NCBI GenBank assembly: GCA_963719295.1
Contig: CAVRBV010000012.1
Location: 1,764-65,763 of the forward strand
Reading direction: 5' to 3'
Length of the DNA stretch: 64,000 bases
Origin: Ilumatobacteraceae bacterium
Lineage (GTDB): Bacteria > Actinomycetota > Acidimicrobiia > Acidimicrobiales > Ilumatobacteraceae
The translations under genes were made by a program, and so were the position numbers. Positions 24,934 through 36,507 of the stretch are shown in pieces; the first letter of the stretch is position 1; every line of letters starts with the position of its first letter. Under the pieces are notes generated by a model, which saw nothing but the letters and a program-made list of their open reading frames with translations, made no database searches and was not told where the DNA came from.

Positions 24934-24978
24934 CGGAATCGAGCTGGTCGGCATTTCGGGACGCCCACTTCAGTAGAT

Positions 24979-24990
24979 GGTAACGTTTCC
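24979..24990. promoter_or_regulatory. LacI-type operator overlapping the -10 box of the E1 operon
   Basis: GGTAACGTTTCC contains TAACGT 7 nt before GTG 24994. Confidence 0.65.
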
Positions 24991-24993
24991 GGG

Positions 24994-25999
24994 GTGAAGC
25001 TGCGCATGCGCCAATCGATCGCCCGAGCCCTCGACGACGCCATGGCCGCCGACCCGACGGTGATCCTGATGGGTGAGGACGTGGCCGTCGCCGAGGGACC
25101 GTTCAAGACCTCGGAGGGTCTGCTCGACAAGTACGGCGCGGCGCGGGTGCGGGACACGCCGATCTCCGAGATGGGGTTCTGCGGCGCCGCCGTCGGTGCC
25201 GCCGCCACCGGGTTGCGTCCGGTCGTCGAGATCATGTTCGTCGAGTTCCTCGGCGTCGCCCTCGACATGGTGGTGACCGAGGCGGCGAAGCTGCGCTACC
25301 TCTCCGGCGGTGCGTACACCGCCCCGATGGTGGTGCGGGCGAGCGTGGGTGCCGGGCTCGGGTTCGGCACCCAGCACTCGCAGACCCTCGAGACGTGGAT
25401 GTACGCCACGCCGGGCCTCAAGCTCGCCGTCGCCTCGGGCGCCAACAGCGCCTACGGGCTGGTGCGCGCCGCGATCGAGGACCCCGACCCGGTGGTGCTG
25501 CTCGAACCCCGGGTGCTGTACGCCGAGCGCGAGGAGGTCGACTTCGCGCCGATCGCGCCTCGGCGAGGCCTCCGTGCTCCGGCGCGGCGACGACGTCACG
25601 ATCGTCGCCCTCGGCCAGACGGTCGGGCGGGCGCTGGCCGCGGCCGAGGGCGCCCCGTGGAGCGCCGACGTGATCGACCTGCGCACGCTCGTGCCGTGGG
25701 ACCGCTCGTGCGTGTGCGAGTCGGTGGAACGCACGGGACGGCTCGTGCTCGTCGAGGAGAGCCCGTACGCCGGCGGGTGGGGCACCGACATCGCCGCCCA
25801 CGTGGTCGGCGAGTGCTTCCACGCCCTCAAGGCGCCGATCGTGCGCTTCACCAGCCCGGACGTGCCGGTGCCGTTCCCGGCGCACCTCGAACAGCAATAC
25901 CTGGTGTCGGTCGCCGACGTGCAGGCCGGCATCACCGAGCTCCTCGCCACCGGACGTCGACCACGACCATGGTGGGAGCGGGAGGGATACGCGTCATGA
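24994..25999 (+). CDS. TPP-dependent 2-oxoacid/acetoin dehydrogenase E1 beta (frameshift at about 25560)
   Basis: MGEDV, RVRDTPISE, GLRPVVEIMF, QHSQ, DLRTL.PWD. Confidence 0.9.
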
Positions 26000-26997
26000 G
26001 CCCGGCCACCACCCCACTGGCGCGGCGGGCGGCGCTCGGCGACCGGTCGCCCGCTGGGACCGCATGCTCGAGATCCGCCGCTTCGAGGACCGCATCAAGG
26101 AGCTCTTCGCCGAGGGTCTGATCCACGGCACGACGCACACATGTCAGGGCCAGGAGGCGGTGTCGGTCGGCCTCGCCACCGCCGTGCCACCGAGCGACCA
26201 CGTGTGCTGCACCTACCGCGGCCACGGCCACGCCTTCGCCCTCGGCATGACGCTCGACTCGGTCCTCGGCGAGATCTCCGGCCGCACGGTCGGCACCATC
26301 GGTGGCGTCGGCGGCTCGATGCACCTGCTCGGAGCGCTCGGTCGGGCTCCTGCCGACCTCGCCATCGTCGGCGCCGGCATGCCGATCGCCTGCGGCGCGG
26401 CGCTGGCGGCACAGGCGCGGGGCACCGACGAGTGCGCGTCGCCATGTTCGGGGACGGCGCCACCAACATCGGTGCCTTCCAGAGGGGCTGAACTTCGCCG
26501 CGATCTGGAAGCTGCCCGGTCGTGTTCATGTGCGAGAACAACCTCTACGGCGAGTACTCCCGCATCGACCTGACGACGCCGGTGACCGACCTCGCCGTCC
26601 GCGCCGCTGGTACGCGATGCCGGGCGCATCGTCGACGGCCAGGAGGTCGACGCCGTGTCGCCGGCGATGGGTCAGGCGGTGGACCGGGCCCGCAACGGCG
26701 GCGGACCGACGTTCTCGAGATGAAGACCTACCGCTATTCCGGGCACTCGCGTCCGACCCGGCGACCTATCGACCACCGGGCGAGCTCGACGAGTGGCTGG
26801 AGCGTGACCCGATCGAGCTGTACCGCCGCCAACTCGTGGCGGCCGGCTCGCTCGACGACGCCGCCGCCGACGCCATGGTCGCCGAGGTCGAGGCCCGGGT
26901 CGAGGAGTGCGTGACCCGCGTGATGGCGAGCGAGCTCGCCACCGTCGCGTCGATGTTCCACAACGTGTACGCCACGCCGGCGGGAGCGTCCGTGTGA
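25996..26997 (+). CDS. TPP-dependent dehydrogenase E1 alpha (frameshifted)
   Basis: IRRFE, GQEA, TYRGHG, GGSMH, FGDGA..ENN TPP motif, TYRYSGHS. Confidence 0.88.
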
Positions 26998-27095
26998 CTG
27001 CGTTCCCCGGCCACGCCATGAACTGCCTGCGCAGTAGCTGGCCGCTCACTCGCTGGCGCTCGCTCGCTCGCATCGGTGGAAGGGTCCACCCGTGA
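26994..27095 (+). repeat. Family B MIRU-like linker, copy 1 (33-codon mini-ORF)
   Basis: GTGA overlaps with the E1 alpha stop and the lipoyl gene start; peptide MTAFPGHAMNCLRSSWPLTRWRSLARIGGRVHP. Confidence 0.85.
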
Positions 27096-27334
27096 GCGAC
27101 CGACCGGTCGTGCTGGCGCGCCTCGGCGACACGGTCGACGAGGTGGTGATCGTCGAGTGGCTGGTCGCCGTCGGCGCCGAGGTGCAGCCCGGCGATCCGC
27201 TCGTCCGGGTCGAGACCGACAAGGTCGAAGTCGACGTCGAGTCGCCGTACGCCGGCACCGTGAGCGCACTCTCGGTGGCCGAGGGCGACGAGGTGCCGAC
27301 GGGTGCGACGCTCTGCGTGATCGCCACCGTGTAG
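27092..27334 (+). CDS. Stand-alone lipoyl-domain protein
   Basis: VETDKVEVDVESPYAG with the lipoylated Lys; 80 aa, clean stop. Confidence 0.9.
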   Translation: MSDRPVVLARLGDTVDEVVIVEWLVAVGAEVQPGDPLVRVETDKVEVDVESPYAGTVSALSVAEGDEVPTGATLCVIATV

Positions 27335-27360
27335 ATGGACGACGCGACCGCACCGCTCGA

Positions 27361-27390
27361 TTGCAAACGTTTCCACCGCTGTGCTACTTT
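27361..27390 (+). promoter_or_regulatory. Housekeeping-type promoter with LacI operator over the -35 box
   Basis: TTGCAA-N18-TACTTT; GCAAACGTTTCC at 27363-27374. Confidence 0.7.
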
Positions 27391-27467
27391 GCACCGATTC
27401 CGGGGCGGCGGCGCCCCATCACGACACACAGTGACCGACACCTACTGATCACGGACTGAGGGGGAAC

Positions 27468-29081
27468 ATGAACGACTCGTTGCACCCGTCGAACGTCACC
27501 CGGCGGCGTTTCCTGGGCACCGCGGCGGCTGTTTCGGCGGCCTCGATCGCCGGGCTGTCGCTCGGCCAGCCGGCGCTGGCCCGCACCACCGCTCACCGGG
27601 GCGGACCACGCGGACGAACCGGGAAACGTCACCAGCGAACGTCGGCGGCAGCCTGAAAGTCGGCATGGACAACGTCGTCACCGCCCTCACGCCGTTCGCC
27701 ATCCAGGGCTACGTCTGGTCGCAGATGCTCGGCTTCATGTTCTACGACTCGCTGGTGAAGAAGTCGGCCGAGGGCAAGCTGGTGCCGTGGCTCGCCACCG
27801 AGTGGGACACCACCGATCCCAACAAGACGATCCTCACGATCCGCGACGGCGTGACCTTCCACGACGGCACGCCGCTCACGGCCGCCGACGTCGCCTACTC
27901 GATCGCCGCGCACGCCGATCCCGACCTGATCGCGTCGACCGCCGGCCGCCCGATCATGACGCCCGACCAGTGGGTGTCGGCCGAGGCGGTCGACGACCTC
28001 ACGGTCGAGGTCAACACCAATGGGCGCGTCGAGTTCCTCGTCGACCCGCAGCCGGTGCTGGTCGTGCCCAACGAGTCGTTCGGCACGATCAACTTCGCCA
28101 ACGAGGAGAACGGCACCGGCCCGTTCACGCTCAAGAGCTTCACCAGCGGCACCGGCGTCGACGGCGTCGCCTACGGGGACTACTGGGACGGTCGACCGCC
28201 GCTCGACGAGCTGTCCTTCGCCTTCTTCGCCGATCCGGCGACCGCCAGCACCGGCTTGCGCAGCGGCCAGGTCGACGGGCTCTACGACGTGCAGCCGAAG
28301 AACCTCGATGCGGTGAGCGACGTGCCCGACACGACGGTGACCGAGGCGGCGACACTCGCCTTCTGGTGGATCATCCAGATGGGCAAGGAGCCGCTCGACA
28401 ACCCCGACGTGCGCCGCGCCCTGCGCTACCTGTTCGACGTCGACGCGATCAACAACGCCGCGGTCCACGGCAAGGGCACCTTCTCGTGGAACCCGTTCAA
28501 CCTGTTCCCCGGCGCCGACGGTCCCGACATCGAGGACATCACCTACGACGTCGACGCGGCCAAGGCGGCGCTCGCCGCCGCCGGCGCCAGCGACATCAGC
28601 CGTGCCGATCCTGTGCATCGCCGGCTACGACGACGGCATCGCCGCCGCCCAGGTGATGCAGCAGTCGTTCCAGGACGCCGGGATCACGTGCGAGGTCGAG
28701 GTGGCCGAGGCGCAGGACTGGCTCAAGCGCACCTACACCGACGGCTCGTGGGAGGGCATCACGATCAACGAAGGGAACCTGCCGTTCCCGAGCAAGAACT
28801 TCTTCGACTACCTCGTCAACCCGTCGACGATCCTCAGCACGTACAAGGATGGTGACGTGGTTCCCGCCGCCGCCGAGCTGTACCGCGAGATCCTGGCGAC
28901 GCCGTTCGACGACCCGGCGATCGACGACCTGCTGCTGCAGGCCCAGCAGATGATCCTCGACGACGCCATCGTCTACACCGGTCTCGGTGCACCGGTGTCG
29001 CTCGTCCTGCCCGACAACCTCACGGGTGTCATCTCGAACGGTTTCGGCGACGTCGAGTGGCGCAAGGCGTCGTTTGCGTGA
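27468..29081 (+). CDS. ABC transporter substrate-binding protein, family 5, Tat signal (frameshifts)
   Basis: TRRRFLG, PWLATEW, RDGVTFHDGTPLTAADV, GTGPF. Confidence 0.88.
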
Positions 29082-30128
29082 CGCTGGCGACGACGGCGCC
29101 CGAGCACCGGCCGTCTCCTGACGCCGGCGCGACGGCGCCGTCGGCCCGCCCTACCGCCTGCCCCGCATCGCCCTCGGCGTCGGTGGCCAGCTCGGCCAGC
29201 TGGCGCTGGTGCTCCTCGCCGTCTCGGCGCTGACGTTCCTGCTGCTCAACGCCCTGCCGGGCAGCGCCGCCGACGCCCGCATCGGCCCGCTCCCCAACTT
29301 CTCCCCCGAGGAGCGGGCCCAGCTCACCGCGACGATCTCCAAGCAGCTCGGCCTCGACCGCTCGCTGCTGTACCAGTACGTCATCTGGGTCAAGGAGGCC
29401 CTCCGTGGCAACTTCGGGCTGACCTACCAGGGCCTGGAGGTGCGCGACGTCGTGGGCGCCCGCCTCGGGGCGACGCTCGAGCTGGGGATCGCCTCGGTCG
29501 CTTTCAGCGTGATCGGCAGCGTGGTGGTGTCGATGCTCGCCTTTCGCTCGCGGTTCCGCGTGGTGCGCGGGCTGCTGCAGGCGTTCACCACCGTGCTGCT
29601 CGTGCTGCCGGCGTTCTGGCTCGGGTTGATGCTCGTGATCGTGTTCGCCGCCGAGCTCGGCTGGCTGCCGTCGGCCGGGTACGTGCCGGTCAGCGACGGC
29701 GTCGGCGAGCACCTGAAGGTGCTGATCCTGCCGATGCTCACCCTCGCCCTGCCGCAGATGGCGTTGTTCTTCCGCTACCTGAACGCCGGTCTGCGTGACA
29801 CCGCGGGCACCCCGTTCGTCACCGCCTCGCGGGCGCGCGGGCTCGGCGAGCGCTCGATCGCCTATCGCCACATCCTTCCCAACGCCGCGTTGCCGACGAT
29901 CACGGTCGTCGGGCTCGTGGTCGGGTCGCTGATCAGTGGCCTCGTGATCGTCGAGTCGGTGTTCAGCTGGCCCGGCCTTGGCCTGCTCCTCGTCGACAGC
30001 GTCAAGACGGAGGACTACAACACGGTCGCCGCGATCGTGCTGATCACCGCCGTGACCTACGTCGTGGTCGCCTTCGTCGTCGACATCCTGTATCGAGTGC
30101 TCACCCGCGCATCAGGCGCGCCGCGTAA
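29078..30128 (+). CDS. ABC transporter permease (DppB-like)
   Basis: LGLDRSL..QY, PAFWLG, SRARGL..IAYRH.LPNA, VESVFSWPGLG. Confidence 0.85.
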
Positions 30129-30130
30129 GC

Positions 30131-31021
30131 GTGCGCCGCGGGGACAGGCGCGTCGTCGGGTCGTCCGGCGCCAGCCGGGGCCGCTCATCGCCGGCGTCGT
30201 GCTGCTGACCCCCTTCCTGTTGTTCTGCATCGTGCCGGGCCTCTTCCGCCGCACGACCCGCTGCGCATCGAGGCCATCCCGCTGGAGGGTCCCTCGCGCA
30301 CGTACTGGCTGGGCACCGACGAGGTGGACGCGACCTGCTCAGCCGCAGCATCTACACGGGCGCGCAACGACGTCCTCGTCAGCCTCGCCTCGGCGTTCAT
30401 CGCCTTCACGCTCGGCACCACGATCGGGCTGTTCTCCGGGTACGTCGGCGGCAAGGTCGACACCGTGATGATCCGCGTCGTCGACGTGCTGCTGTCGTTC
30501 CCGACGATCGTGCTGGCGCTGTTCCTGATCGTCGTGATCGGTCGCGAGCAGTGGGTGCAGGTGCTCGCCATCGCCCTCGTGATGATGCCGTCGATGGCCC
30601 GTTTCAGCCGCGGCACCGGCCTGGTGCTGCGCAACCGTGGGTACGTCGAGGCGGCGCGCCTGGCCGGCGCCGCGGCGCCACGTGCTCCGTCACCACGTGC
30701 TGCCCAACTCGCTGCCGACCCTGCTGGTCGCAGCGAGCGTGCTCGCCGCCAGCGCCGTGCTCATCTCGGCGTCGCTCAGCTACCTCGGCCTCGGCGCCCA
30801 ACCGCCCGATCCGAGCTGGGGAACATGCTGCGCTCGGCGTACGGCGTGGTGTACGAGGCGCCGCTGTTCGGGCTCGGGCCGGGCGTGTGCGTCACGATCG
30901 TCGCCGGCGCCTACATCCTGATCGGCGAGGGCCTGCGCCGCAAGTACCGCGCCGAGGCTACGTCACCCCCGCCGGGGCCCGCGCCGGGACGTTCGCCCCG
31001 GCGGCCGGGAGCCTCGGGTGA
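30131..31021 (+). CDS. ABC transporter permease (DppC-like), frameshifted
   Basis: WLGTD, GYVGGKVD..IRVVD, YVEAARLAG, HVLPN, LSYLGLG. Confidence 0.82.
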
Positions 31022-33093
31022 CGGCGATGCAGGAACAGCAACAGGCGCCGGCCGCGCCATCTCCGGTCGACAACCGCTGGAGATCGCCTCGTTGTCGGTG
31101 AACTATCGCGCCGGCTCGTCGCTCGTGCACGCCCTCGACGGGATCGACCTCACGGTGCCGGCCGGGCACCGCATGGCCGTCGTCGGCGAATCGGGTTCCG
31201 GGAAGACCACGCTCGGCCTCGCCGTGATGGGTCTGCTCCCATCGAACAGCGAGTTCGACTACCGGCGCCTCAGCGTCGGCGGCGTCGACGTCGACCTGCG
31301 CGACGCCAAGCAGATGCGTTCGCTGCGCGGCAACCGGGTGTCGATGGTGTTCCAGGACGCCAAGGCCGCCCTCGACCCGGTGCGCACCATCGGCAGCCAG
31401 CTCAACGAGCCGCTGCGCGTCCACCGCATCGTCGACCGCAAGCAGCGCGACGCCGAGGTCGAGCGGCTGTTGGGCGCCGTCGAGATCCGCCGGCCGGCGC
31501 AGGTGGCCCGGCAGTACCCCCACGAGCTGTCGGGCGGCATGCGCCAGCGGGCGATGATCGCCATGGCCCTCGCCGGGCGGCCGTCGCTGCTGATCGCCGA
31601 CGAGCCCACCAGTGCGCTCGACGTCACCACCCAGGCGACGGTGATCGACCTGATCCGCCGGGTCGGCGACGACGGGTCGATGGCGACGCTGCTGATCACC
31701 CACGACCTCGCCCTCGTCGCCGGCTTCGCCGAGACGGTGACCGTGATGTACGCCGGCGAGATCGTGGAGATCGGTAGCGGTCGACGCGCTCTACTCGGCG
31801 CCCGCCCACCCGTACACCCGCGCCCTGCTCGGCTCGATCCCGGGTCTGTTCGACGACCGGGTCGACGAGCTCGGCAGCATCCCCGGCACGATGCCCGACC
31901 TCACGAAGGCGGCGGTGGGGTGCCGGTTCGAACCGCGCTGTCCGGTCGGGCGGGGGCGCGACCTGTGCCGCACCGTCGCTCCGACGCTCGACGTGAGGCC
32001 CGGACGGGGGTCGGGTGCGCTGTCACTTCGCCGGTGAGATCGCGTCGGGCCCGACGGTCGACGAGGTGCCCGTCGTCCTCACGCGCGGTCGGCGCGATCC
32101 GCGAGCCCGGTCGCCGCGCTGACCGGCATCGTCAAGACCTTCCAGCGCGGAAACTGGGGCCGCGCCGCGCGCACCCGGACCGTCGCCGTCGACGGCGTCG
32201 ATCTGGTGGTGGGTGAAGGCGAGTCGGTGGGGATCGTCGGCGAGTCGGGATCGGGCAAGACCACGCTGGCGCGGGTGTTCGTGGGCCTCGAACGCGCCGA
32301 CTCGGGCGACAAGCGCATCCGCGTCGGCGACGAGCTCGTCGCCACCGCGACGATCCCGAAGGACTACGTGCAGTTCGTCTTCCAGGATCCCGGCGACAGC
32401 CTCGACCCGATGATGTCGGTGGGCGAGATCATCGCCGAGCCGCTGGTGCTGCGCGACGGCGGACGGGCGTCGCGGTACCGCGCCCGGGTCGCCGAACTGC
32501 TGGAGGACGTCGGCCTGCGCGCCGACATGGCCTCACGTCGACCGATGGAGCTGTCGGGCGGCCAACGCCAGCGCGTCGCGATCGCCCGCGCCCTGTCGAC
32601 CCGGCCGAAGGTCATCATCGCCGACGAAGCCGTCGCCTCGCTCGACATGTCGGCGCGTGGTCAGATCCTCAACCTCTTCTCCCGTCTGCAGGCCGAGCAC
32701 GGCTTCGCCTACCTGTACATCTCGCACGACCTGTCGCTGGTGCGCCACGTGTGCGACCGCGTCGTGGTGATGTACGGCGGCCAGGTGATGGAGACCGCGT
32801 CGACCGACGAGCTGTTCGTCGATCCGCGGCATCCCTACACCCAGGCGCTGATCTCGGCGGTGCCGATCCCGGACCCCGCCGCCGAACGGGCCCGGCGGCT
32901 GATGACGATCCGCGGCGAGGTCGGCGAGGGCGCCGCCGAGCAGGGCTGCGCGTTCCGGACGCGGTGCCCGATCGCCCAGGAGCGCTGCGCCGCGGAGCGG
33001 CCGCGGCTCGACCCGCTCGACGCCCACGGCGTCGCCTGCCACTTCGCCGCCGAGGCCGCGGCCCGCTACGTGCGCGCCGGGAGCGCGCCGTGA
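31018..33093 (+). CDS. Dipeptide-type ABC ATP-binding protein with two ATPase domains (single gene or pair)
   Basis: Two GESGSGKT Walker A motifs, LSGGMRQR and LSGGQRQR, HPYT, Cys-rich tails. Confidence 0.88.
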
Positions 33094-33854
33094 GCTGGGA
33101 CCTCGGCTCGGGCCTGGAGGGCCGCGGTGTGATCGTCACCGGCGCGGCGAGCGGCATCGGTCGGGCGACGGCGCAGGCGATGGCGGCCGCCGGCGCACGT
33201 GTCGCCGCCCTCGACCGCGACGCCACCGGACTGGAGACGACGGTCGCCGGCCTCGACGGCGACGGCCACCTCGCCCTGACGTTCGACCTCGCCGACGCCG
33301 GAGCGATCGAGCCGCTCGTGCGATCGGCCGCCGACGGGCTCGGCGACCTATGGGCGCTCGCCCATGTCGCCGCGGTGCTGCGCCGCCAGCGCGTCGAGGA
33401 GGTCACCGAGGCGGATTTCGATCTGCAGACCACCGTCAACCTCAAGGCGACGTTCTTCCTCGACCGCGCCGTCGGGAGCCTGCTCGTCGGACGAGGTGGT
33501 GGCGGACGGATCGTCAACTTCACCTCCGGCGCCTTCCTCACCGGCGCACTGTCGGGGAGCGACGCCTACGTCGCCACCAAGGGCGGCGTCGTGACGATGA
33601 CGCGCAGCTTCGCCAAGCAGTACGGCCGGCACGGGATCACGGTCAACGTGATCTCGCCGGGTCAGATCGACACGCCGATGCAGCACATCGACAATCCGGC
33701 CGAGGTCGTCGAGGCGGCGATCCAGGCGTGTCCGATGCGCCGGATCGGCCAGCCCGAGGAGGTGGCCGCCGCCGTCGTGTTCCTCGCCAGCCGCCATGCC
33801 AGCTTCGTCAACGGCGCCACGCTGACGGTGAGCGGCGGCTCGGTGATGCACTGA
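33090..33854 (+). CDS. SDR-family oxidoreductase
   Basis: TGAASGIG, YVATK, VNVISPG. Confidence 0.9.
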   Translation: MSWDLGSGLEGRGVIVTGAASGIGRATAQAMAAAGARVAALDRDATGLETTVAGLDGDGHLALTFDLADAGAIEPLVRSAADGLGDLWALAHVAAVLRRQRVEEVTEADFDLQTTVNLKATFFLDRAVGSLLVGRGGGGRIVNFTSGAFLTGALSGSDAYVATKGGVVTMTRSFAKQYGRHGITVNVISPGQIDTPMQHIDNPAEVVEAAIQACPMRRIGQPEEVAAAVVFLASRHASFVNGATLTVSGGSVMH

Positions 33855-33864
33855 CGGGATCGCC

Positions 33865-35174
33865 ATGGTGGAGGTGATCACCAGCGCGGCGGCCGACGCC
33901 GCGCAGGCCCGTGTCGCCGGCGCGCTGCGCGCCCGGGGTATGTGCCGGGCGACCGGGTGGCGTTGTGCCTGCCGACGTCGGCGGCGTTGCTCCATGCGAT
34001 CGGGGGTGCGCTGCGGTCGGGCGTGGTGCCCGTCATCGTCAATCACGCCCTGCTCCCCGTCGAACGCGAGGTCATCCGCCAGGATGCCGACGCCCGTGAG
34101 TGGGTCGACGATGCGGTCCGGCTCGGCGAGCTCGGCGCCGGGCCGATGGCCGAGCTGGCGCCGTTCCCGCTCGCCCGGCCGATGCACTACACGTCGGGGA
34201 CGACCGGTCGGCCCAAGGGTGTGTGGAGTGGCGTGCTCAGCGAGACCGACGCCGAGCGGGTGGTCGGCGAGGAGGTGGAGCAATGGCAGCTCGAGGCCGC
34301 CGACGTGCACCTCGTGTGCTCGCCCTTGCAGCACTCGGCGCCGATCCGCTTCGCCCTCAACACGCTCCTCGCCGGCGGCACCGTGGTGCTGCCCGGCCCG
34401 TTCAGCGTCGACGGCGTGCTCGACGCGGTCACGGCGCACGGCGTCACGACGGCGTTCTGCACGCCCGCCCACCTGCAACGTCTCGACGACGCCGGGTCCC
34501 TTGGCGCCCTGGCGTCGTTGCGGTTGGTGGCCCACGCCGGCGCGCCCTGCCCCGAGCCACTCAAGCGCCGGGCGATCGAGGCCGTCGGTGTCACCCGGTT
34601 GTGGGAGTTCTACGGATCGACCGAGGGTCAGTTCACCGTGTGCGCGTCCGGCGATTGGTTGGAGCGTCCGGGTACGGTCGGGCGCGCCCGGGCCGGGCGG
34701 TCGTTGGAGGTCGACGGTGACGGGGCGGTGTGGTGCCGCACGCCGTCGTGGGCGCGCTGGGAGTACTGGCGCGATCCCGAGCGCACCGCGGCGGCATGGC
34801 GGAGCGACGCCTTCACGGTCGGCGACCTCGGCCGCCTCGACGATGACGGCTTCCTCTTCCTGTCGGGGCGGCGCAGCGACCTGATCATCACCGGCGGGGT
34901 GAACGTCTACCCCGCCGAGGTGGAACAGGCGCTCGGGGAACTGCGTGGCGTCGACGAGGTCGTGGTGTTCGGACGCCCCGACGAGCGGTGGGGTCAGCGG
35001 GTGTGCGCGGCCGTCGTCGGACGGGTGACCGCCGACGAGGTGGTGTCGTTCGCCGCCGGGCGGCTGGCGCCGTACAAGCGCCCGAAGGAGGTGCACCTGG
35101 TCGCCGAGATCCCACGGGTCGGCCTGGCCAAGGTGCGTCGCCACCTGCTCGCCGCCGAGCTCGGGCTGGAGTGA
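33865..35174 (+). CDS. AMP-binding acyl-CoA ligase-like protein (indel at about 33940)
   Basis: YTSGTTGRPKG, YGSTE, GDLG, GRRSDLIITGGVNVYP. Confidence 0.88.
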
Positions 35175-35211
35175 GTCGACGACCGGGTGGCACCGGCTGT
35201 CGCACGCGGTG

Positions 35212-35234
35212 TACGGTGGGCTGGAAACGTTCTC
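35212..35234 (+). promoter_or_regulatory. -10 box and LacI-type operator
   Basis: TACGGT at 35212-35217, then GGAAACGTTCTC at 35223-35234. Confidence 0.6.
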
Positions 35235-35254
35235 AGTCCAGTGGAGGGGCGCCG

Positions 35255-36383
35255 ATGGGCAAGATCGCACGGGTCGATCCGATCTCGGTCGAGTATCCCG
35301 AGCCGAACGACAACGGGTCGCTGCGGCGACTGACGCTGTGTCGCATCGAGACCACCGACGGGGTGGTCGGATGGGGCGAGGCGATCACGATGTGGGCCGA
35401 GGCGTGTCGCGCCACGGAGGTGATGATCGAGGGGTTGTCCGACCTGGTGATCGGGCGTGACCCGCTCGACCACGCGGCGATCTCCCACGAGCTCGCCGAG
35501 CGGACCTGGTGGACGGGACCCGAGGGGATCGCCTCGTTCGCCCGCAGTGCGCTCGACATCGCGCTGTGGGACCTGCGCGGCAAGGTCAGCGGTCAGTCGC
35601 TGATCTCGATGCTCGGCGGCGCCCGCCAGCCGCGTGTGCCGGTGATCGCCTCCACGCACGCCTTCCTGCCGAGCCTCGAGGCCGAGGCCGAGCGCCACGC
35701 CAAGTACGTCGCCGAGGGCATGCACGGGTTCAAGATCGGCCTCGGCAAGAAGGGCGACGCCAACGTCGGCTACGACTTCGACCGCGACGTGCTGTTCATG
35801 CGCCTGCTGCGCGAGGCCGCAGGGCCCGACGCCGACATCATGTTCGACCGCGGCCAGCACCTGCGCTGGGACGTGAGCCGCGCCACGCGCACCACCCAGG
35901 CGTGGGAGGAGTACGGGCTGCGGTGGGTCGAGGAGCCGCTCGAGCCGTGGGACGTGCAGGGCTTCCAGCAGCTGCGGCGTCACTGCACGGCGTTGATCGC
36001 CACCGGCGAACGCTGCTGGACCACCGAGCAGTACCACCGCCTGATCGCCACCGGCATCGTCGACGTCATCGGCTGCGACCCCGGTCGTGCCGGGGGCATC
36101 ACCGGCTTCCGCGAGCTGATCAACGCCGTCGAGCACGCCCAGCTCTGGTTCAACGCCCACGCCTGGAGCAGCGCCATCGTCACCGCCGCGAGCCTCGCGT
36201 TGTCGGCGTCCTCGCCGCGGCTGCCTGCTCTTCGAGCTGAAGCCGCTGGACAACCCGATGCAGAACGAGCTCGTCACCGAGCCGTTCTGGCACGAGGGCG
36301 GGTTCATCTCGCCCCCGGACAAGCCAGGACTCGGGATCGAGGTGATCGAGTCGGTGGTCGACCGCTACCGGATCACGTGGTGA
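35255..36383 (+). CDS. Second mandelate racemase/MLE-family enzyme (frameshift at about 36220)
   Basis: GWGE, LDIALWDL.GK, FKIG, WVEEP, TGE, PGLGIE. Confidence 0.88.
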
Positions 36384-36405
36384 ACGTGATTGCGCGGGGT
36401 CCCGC

Positions 36406-36507
36406 GTGACCGTCATTGCGTTCCCCGGCCACGCAGGCCGCCCCCCAGGCTGGCCGCTCACTCGCTGGCGCTCGCTCGCTCGCACGCTCGGACGAGGTCC
36501 GGCGTGA
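36406..36507 (+). repeat. Family B MIRU-like linker, copy 2 (33-codon mini-ORF)
   Basis: Peptide MTVIAFPGHAGRPPGWPLTRWRSLARTLGRGPA; GTGA overlap at both ends. Confidence 0.85.

Noticed and set aside
20062-25268. Very long alternative ORFs (1119, 963 and 828 aa)
   Set aside because: They are real genes extended by antisense or shifted GC-rich frames that are poor in stops; only the motif-bearing parts are accepted.
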